A stretch of DNA of 63,751 bases, filler included, from Phoronis australis (Eukaryota; Animalia; Phoronida): NCBI GenBank assembly GCA_002633005.1. It is 7 parts of 7 records of this genome, joined end to end, with 100 filler letters (N's around TTAATTAATTAA, not from the genome) between each part and the next. Parts side by side here need not be neighbours in the genome. Positions count along the whole stretch, not along the records: positions 59,829 to 63,751 come from NMRA01000521.1; 6 more parts are not named here. One strand, given 5' to 3'. Shown here one piece after another: positions 60,778 through 63,751 of the stretch. A model generated the notes under the pieces. The model ran no database searches, had not been told where the DNA came from, and saw only the letters and a program-made list of their open reading frames with translations. The translations under genes and the position numbers were made by a program. Position 1 is the first letter of the stretch. The number at the start of each line of letters is the position of its first letter.

Positions 60778-60910
60778 CTCAGTCGTTATCCCCCATATTC
60801 TATAGCCCGAGTGGATTTCGGAGAATTATCGCCCTCGGGGGCTGACGCCTCTCGGGCGATAATTCTCCAAAATCCACTCGGGATCTAGAATACCGGGGAT
60901 AACGACTGAG
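60778..60910. repeat. 133-bp palindromic element
   Basis: ctcagtcgttatcccc..tattcta..cccgagtggattt.ggagaattatcgccc / gggcgataattctcc.aaatccactcggg..tagaata..ggggataacgactgag. Confidence 0.85.
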
Positions 60911-61104
60911 CACATGTAATAACCTATACTGAGCTAGGGCTTCCAAACCCTATCCCGTCTTGTAACTTATGGGCAATTGAGCAAATTTAAAAAAAAAACA
61001 ATGTAGCTGATGAGCAATCCCTGTGTGAATAGGTAATGCAGGTAAAAGTGAGGTGAACCTTCAAAGGTGTAAATGCACAACATTTTTTTGTTTACACAAA
61101 TGAT

Positions 61105-61110
61105 TTTATT
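61105..61110 (-). terminator. Candidate polyadenylation signal (AATAAA) of the Mad/Mxi1-like gene
   Basis: AATAAA on the minus strand at the end of a ~2.2-kb UTR-like stretch downstream of the stop at 63321. Confidence 0.35.
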
Positions 61111-63320
61111 CTCAATACGTAGAGAACGCTTCAACTGTTTCCAGTTAGGTTATGTACACAATGTCTAGGTCTCCAGTTCAGCCCAGCACCAAAAACTCTA
61201 ATTACTCTCTAATAGTACATCGCAAATATACACAACAACCATTCACAGACGAAAACAAAGAAACATAGTCAACCAACTTGACTGGTAAATCACAATTTCG
61301 AGGAAGTTTTAACTAACGGACACGCTCAATCGAATGAATAAAAACAACCAGTGCTTCTGCAGTGAATACATGGGGTTAAAACTGATGCAACGTCCACAAT
61401 TATTGTTTTATGTGGAGAGCGAAAGAAAACCTATGTCCCGCGTAACATTATCCATCTAATTTCAAAGCCATGGCCAGATATCTGCAAAAGCCAGTACAAG
61501 ACTAAAGTTCAGTTGCAGTAGCTTAATAATTAAAACTTAAGAGCTGCAGCAGTCTTGCGTAATTACATGCAGATATTTACACAAGACTACGCAACAACTG
61601 AACTAGCCCAAGAAAGACATTCTAACAACCGCCGCTTTCAGCCAACGGAATTCCCTGACGATATATAATTACTATGTACAATTAAATTTTCTAAAACTCT
61701 CAAACGGCTTCCATAAATAAAATAATCATAACAAACAGTGACATGGGGTCTAATAGTCCACCAGACACAAGCTGGCACATTACACTAGACATCAGCAAGA
61801 GTTCATTTAGCTTTAAAATCCATGCCCAATACATTTGCAAAATCCCAAGGGAAAATGTGTGTAAAATAATGGATTAGAATTTCAAAGTTTAAATAACGCG
61901 TTAATTAAAGTGAAACTAAAACCGAACAATGTTAAAACAATGCTAAAACAATATTCTGTGGATCAGTTCAAGAACACATGCTGTAAATAAACGTTCCAAG
62001 GACAAGTCAGTTGACAATACCATCTCAACTTATCTCACATTTAGCAAAATCAACCATTCTCAACCAGAACACTTTCAGTGCCTCACAGATTATGCACTGG
62101 TTCACCACTATAGAATAACACTGTAACACAACTTTTGATGGTTTAGCATCCCAAGTTTATGCAAAATCACGTTTAAATAGTCTGACACCTGTTGACCACA
62201 CTGAGAATCTCACAGTCTCTCAAGACCTGGAGAAGGGTGTCTTGTTTTGACTAGATTTTGGCGACTTGAATAGCAAATAGGGTGAATTGGTATAGTTTCT
62301 GTCTGATGGTAACACTTCAACTCCAACAATGTCTTAAATATCTATAACTAGCAGCACATCACTTGCAGTGTCTAAGAGTTGACAACAGCAAAAAGTGTTA
62401 AAAGCATTTTACAGAAAAAATACATCAGTCAACAGAAAAATAATGTCTATTTAAACAAATTTCTACTGCAGCGGAGATTCAACATTCTAGGGCGGTCCTT
62501 TTGGCAAGCATATACAACAAGGTGCTGGTGAGAACTTAGTTACCAGCAAGAAACCTTTTGTTTCAGGAGCCATGTCACTCTCTACACTGCTAACCCAACT
62601 AACCATACGTCTTCAGTGATCTATCAATTCAGATGTGTTCGCACACATTTTGGCCAATAGTAAAAGACATGCGTAAGACATTGTAAAATTATGAAAATAA
62701 GCAGCACTGTTCACTACACACACCTGAAGTATTAGTACATGGGACCCTCACATTGACCCGAGAATACCATCATGAGCCATAGGTATGCCAAGTAATTCCC
62801 ATTCTATTAGCAAGCATTGATTCTTCATTTGCACTACCATACTATTATATATAGTGCAGTCAACATGGACACAAACAAACAGAATACCGGAGATACGTGC
62901 ACTAGCTAACTGCAGCTATAGGACAATGACTTTATAATGATCACAAGTTTTTACGATTTTGCAATTTTTCACTTTTTATGGGTTTTTTAACAAAAATATA
63001 ACATAACAGACCCACAAAGAGTTCCGTGTCTTACTCTCCCTCTCACTAGATGGTGCTGGCTACACACCTAGACATTTTGGGCGCTTGAATTATTCTTCCT
63101 TCATCAGAAAAAAAAAGAAATAAATACAATTATTGCTGCCCTTGGGACAGAGCAGCATTCCCCCTGAAAGCCCGCCGCGGCAGCCTCTTTAAGCTAGACA
63201 CGCCCAGTCTGCATACGCACTATCACAAATCACAAACACGATGCGACCGCAAACCACGAGCTGTCTCCATCACCAGCTGCTGCCGCCGTCGCGGTCAGAC
63301 TTCTACCAGGGGGGACAACT

Positions 63321-63496
63321 CTAACTGATAAGGTGGGCCTTGTTGACGGGGGATGAGATCTGGATGGACATGTCCATGAGTGTCAGCTTGCGGGTATTGA
63401 TGGTGCAACCTCCGTCACTGCCGTTGCTACCCACACTTGAGTGGTCGTCAGTGTCACTGGTTCCACTGATATCTGAACCAATGATGTCTACTTCCT
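63321..63496 (-). CDS. MXI1: Last coding exon of a Mad/Mxi1 (MXD) family MAX-interacting repressor
   Basis: Acceptor ttgcctattgcag|, then EEVDIIGSDISGTSDTDDHSSVGSNGSDGGC...*, resembling the MXI1/MXD1 C-terminal EVDV...SDxDDHSSL.S.GSDEG motif. The bHLH-Zip exons lie outside the window. Confidence 0.72.
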
Positions 63497-63751
63497 CTGC
63501 AATAGGCAAAGTCAACAAACATTGAATACATAAATAAATGTGCTAAGTAGAGAGTTTGGCATTAAAAATACAGTAAACATCTTTTTAACAGCATGAAAGT
63601 AATATCAAAGATAGGATAAGATCAAGCAACATAGCATGGGATTGTTATGACTGAACAATACACTTGGGTGAATGGTACCTTTTACCCTTGGCTTAGATGG
63701 TCTTTGTAGTTATTTACTGGCAACACCAAAAGAACAACAGGTTCCCTTGCT

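Overview
AT-rich metazoan (mollusc/lophotrochozoan-like) genomic DNA with spliceosomal GT-AG introns. It is not a prokaryotic window. Six artificial 100-nt spacers (N44-TTAATTAATTAA-N44) split it into seven segments, so adjacency across them is unproven. Spliced genes assembled by hand: a complete UPF0489/C5orf22 homologue (+, 7 coding exons); the 3' part of NOP9 (-), convergent with it; the last exon and 3'UTR of a Mad/Mxi1-family gene (-); a WSC-domain exon with decayed C-type-lectin-like exons; and a 6-exon gene (-) fusing ankyrin repeats to a FAM111-like trypsin-fold serine protease. The ORF track misses most of that last gene. The rest is a dense transposon landscape: Kolobok-like ends with THAP ORFs, a BEL/Pao gag relic, a CMC/EnSpm-like relic, an L1/Tx1 3' end, MITEs and tRNA-derived elements. 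Two N-joined duplications look like uncollapsed haplotypes and expose polymorphic insertions. Most interesting: the ankyrin-protease fusion, a 215-bp composite tRNA/PBS/hammerhead-like element, and a tandem array of CTCF-like motifs. All family calls are by eye from motifs; no searches were run.
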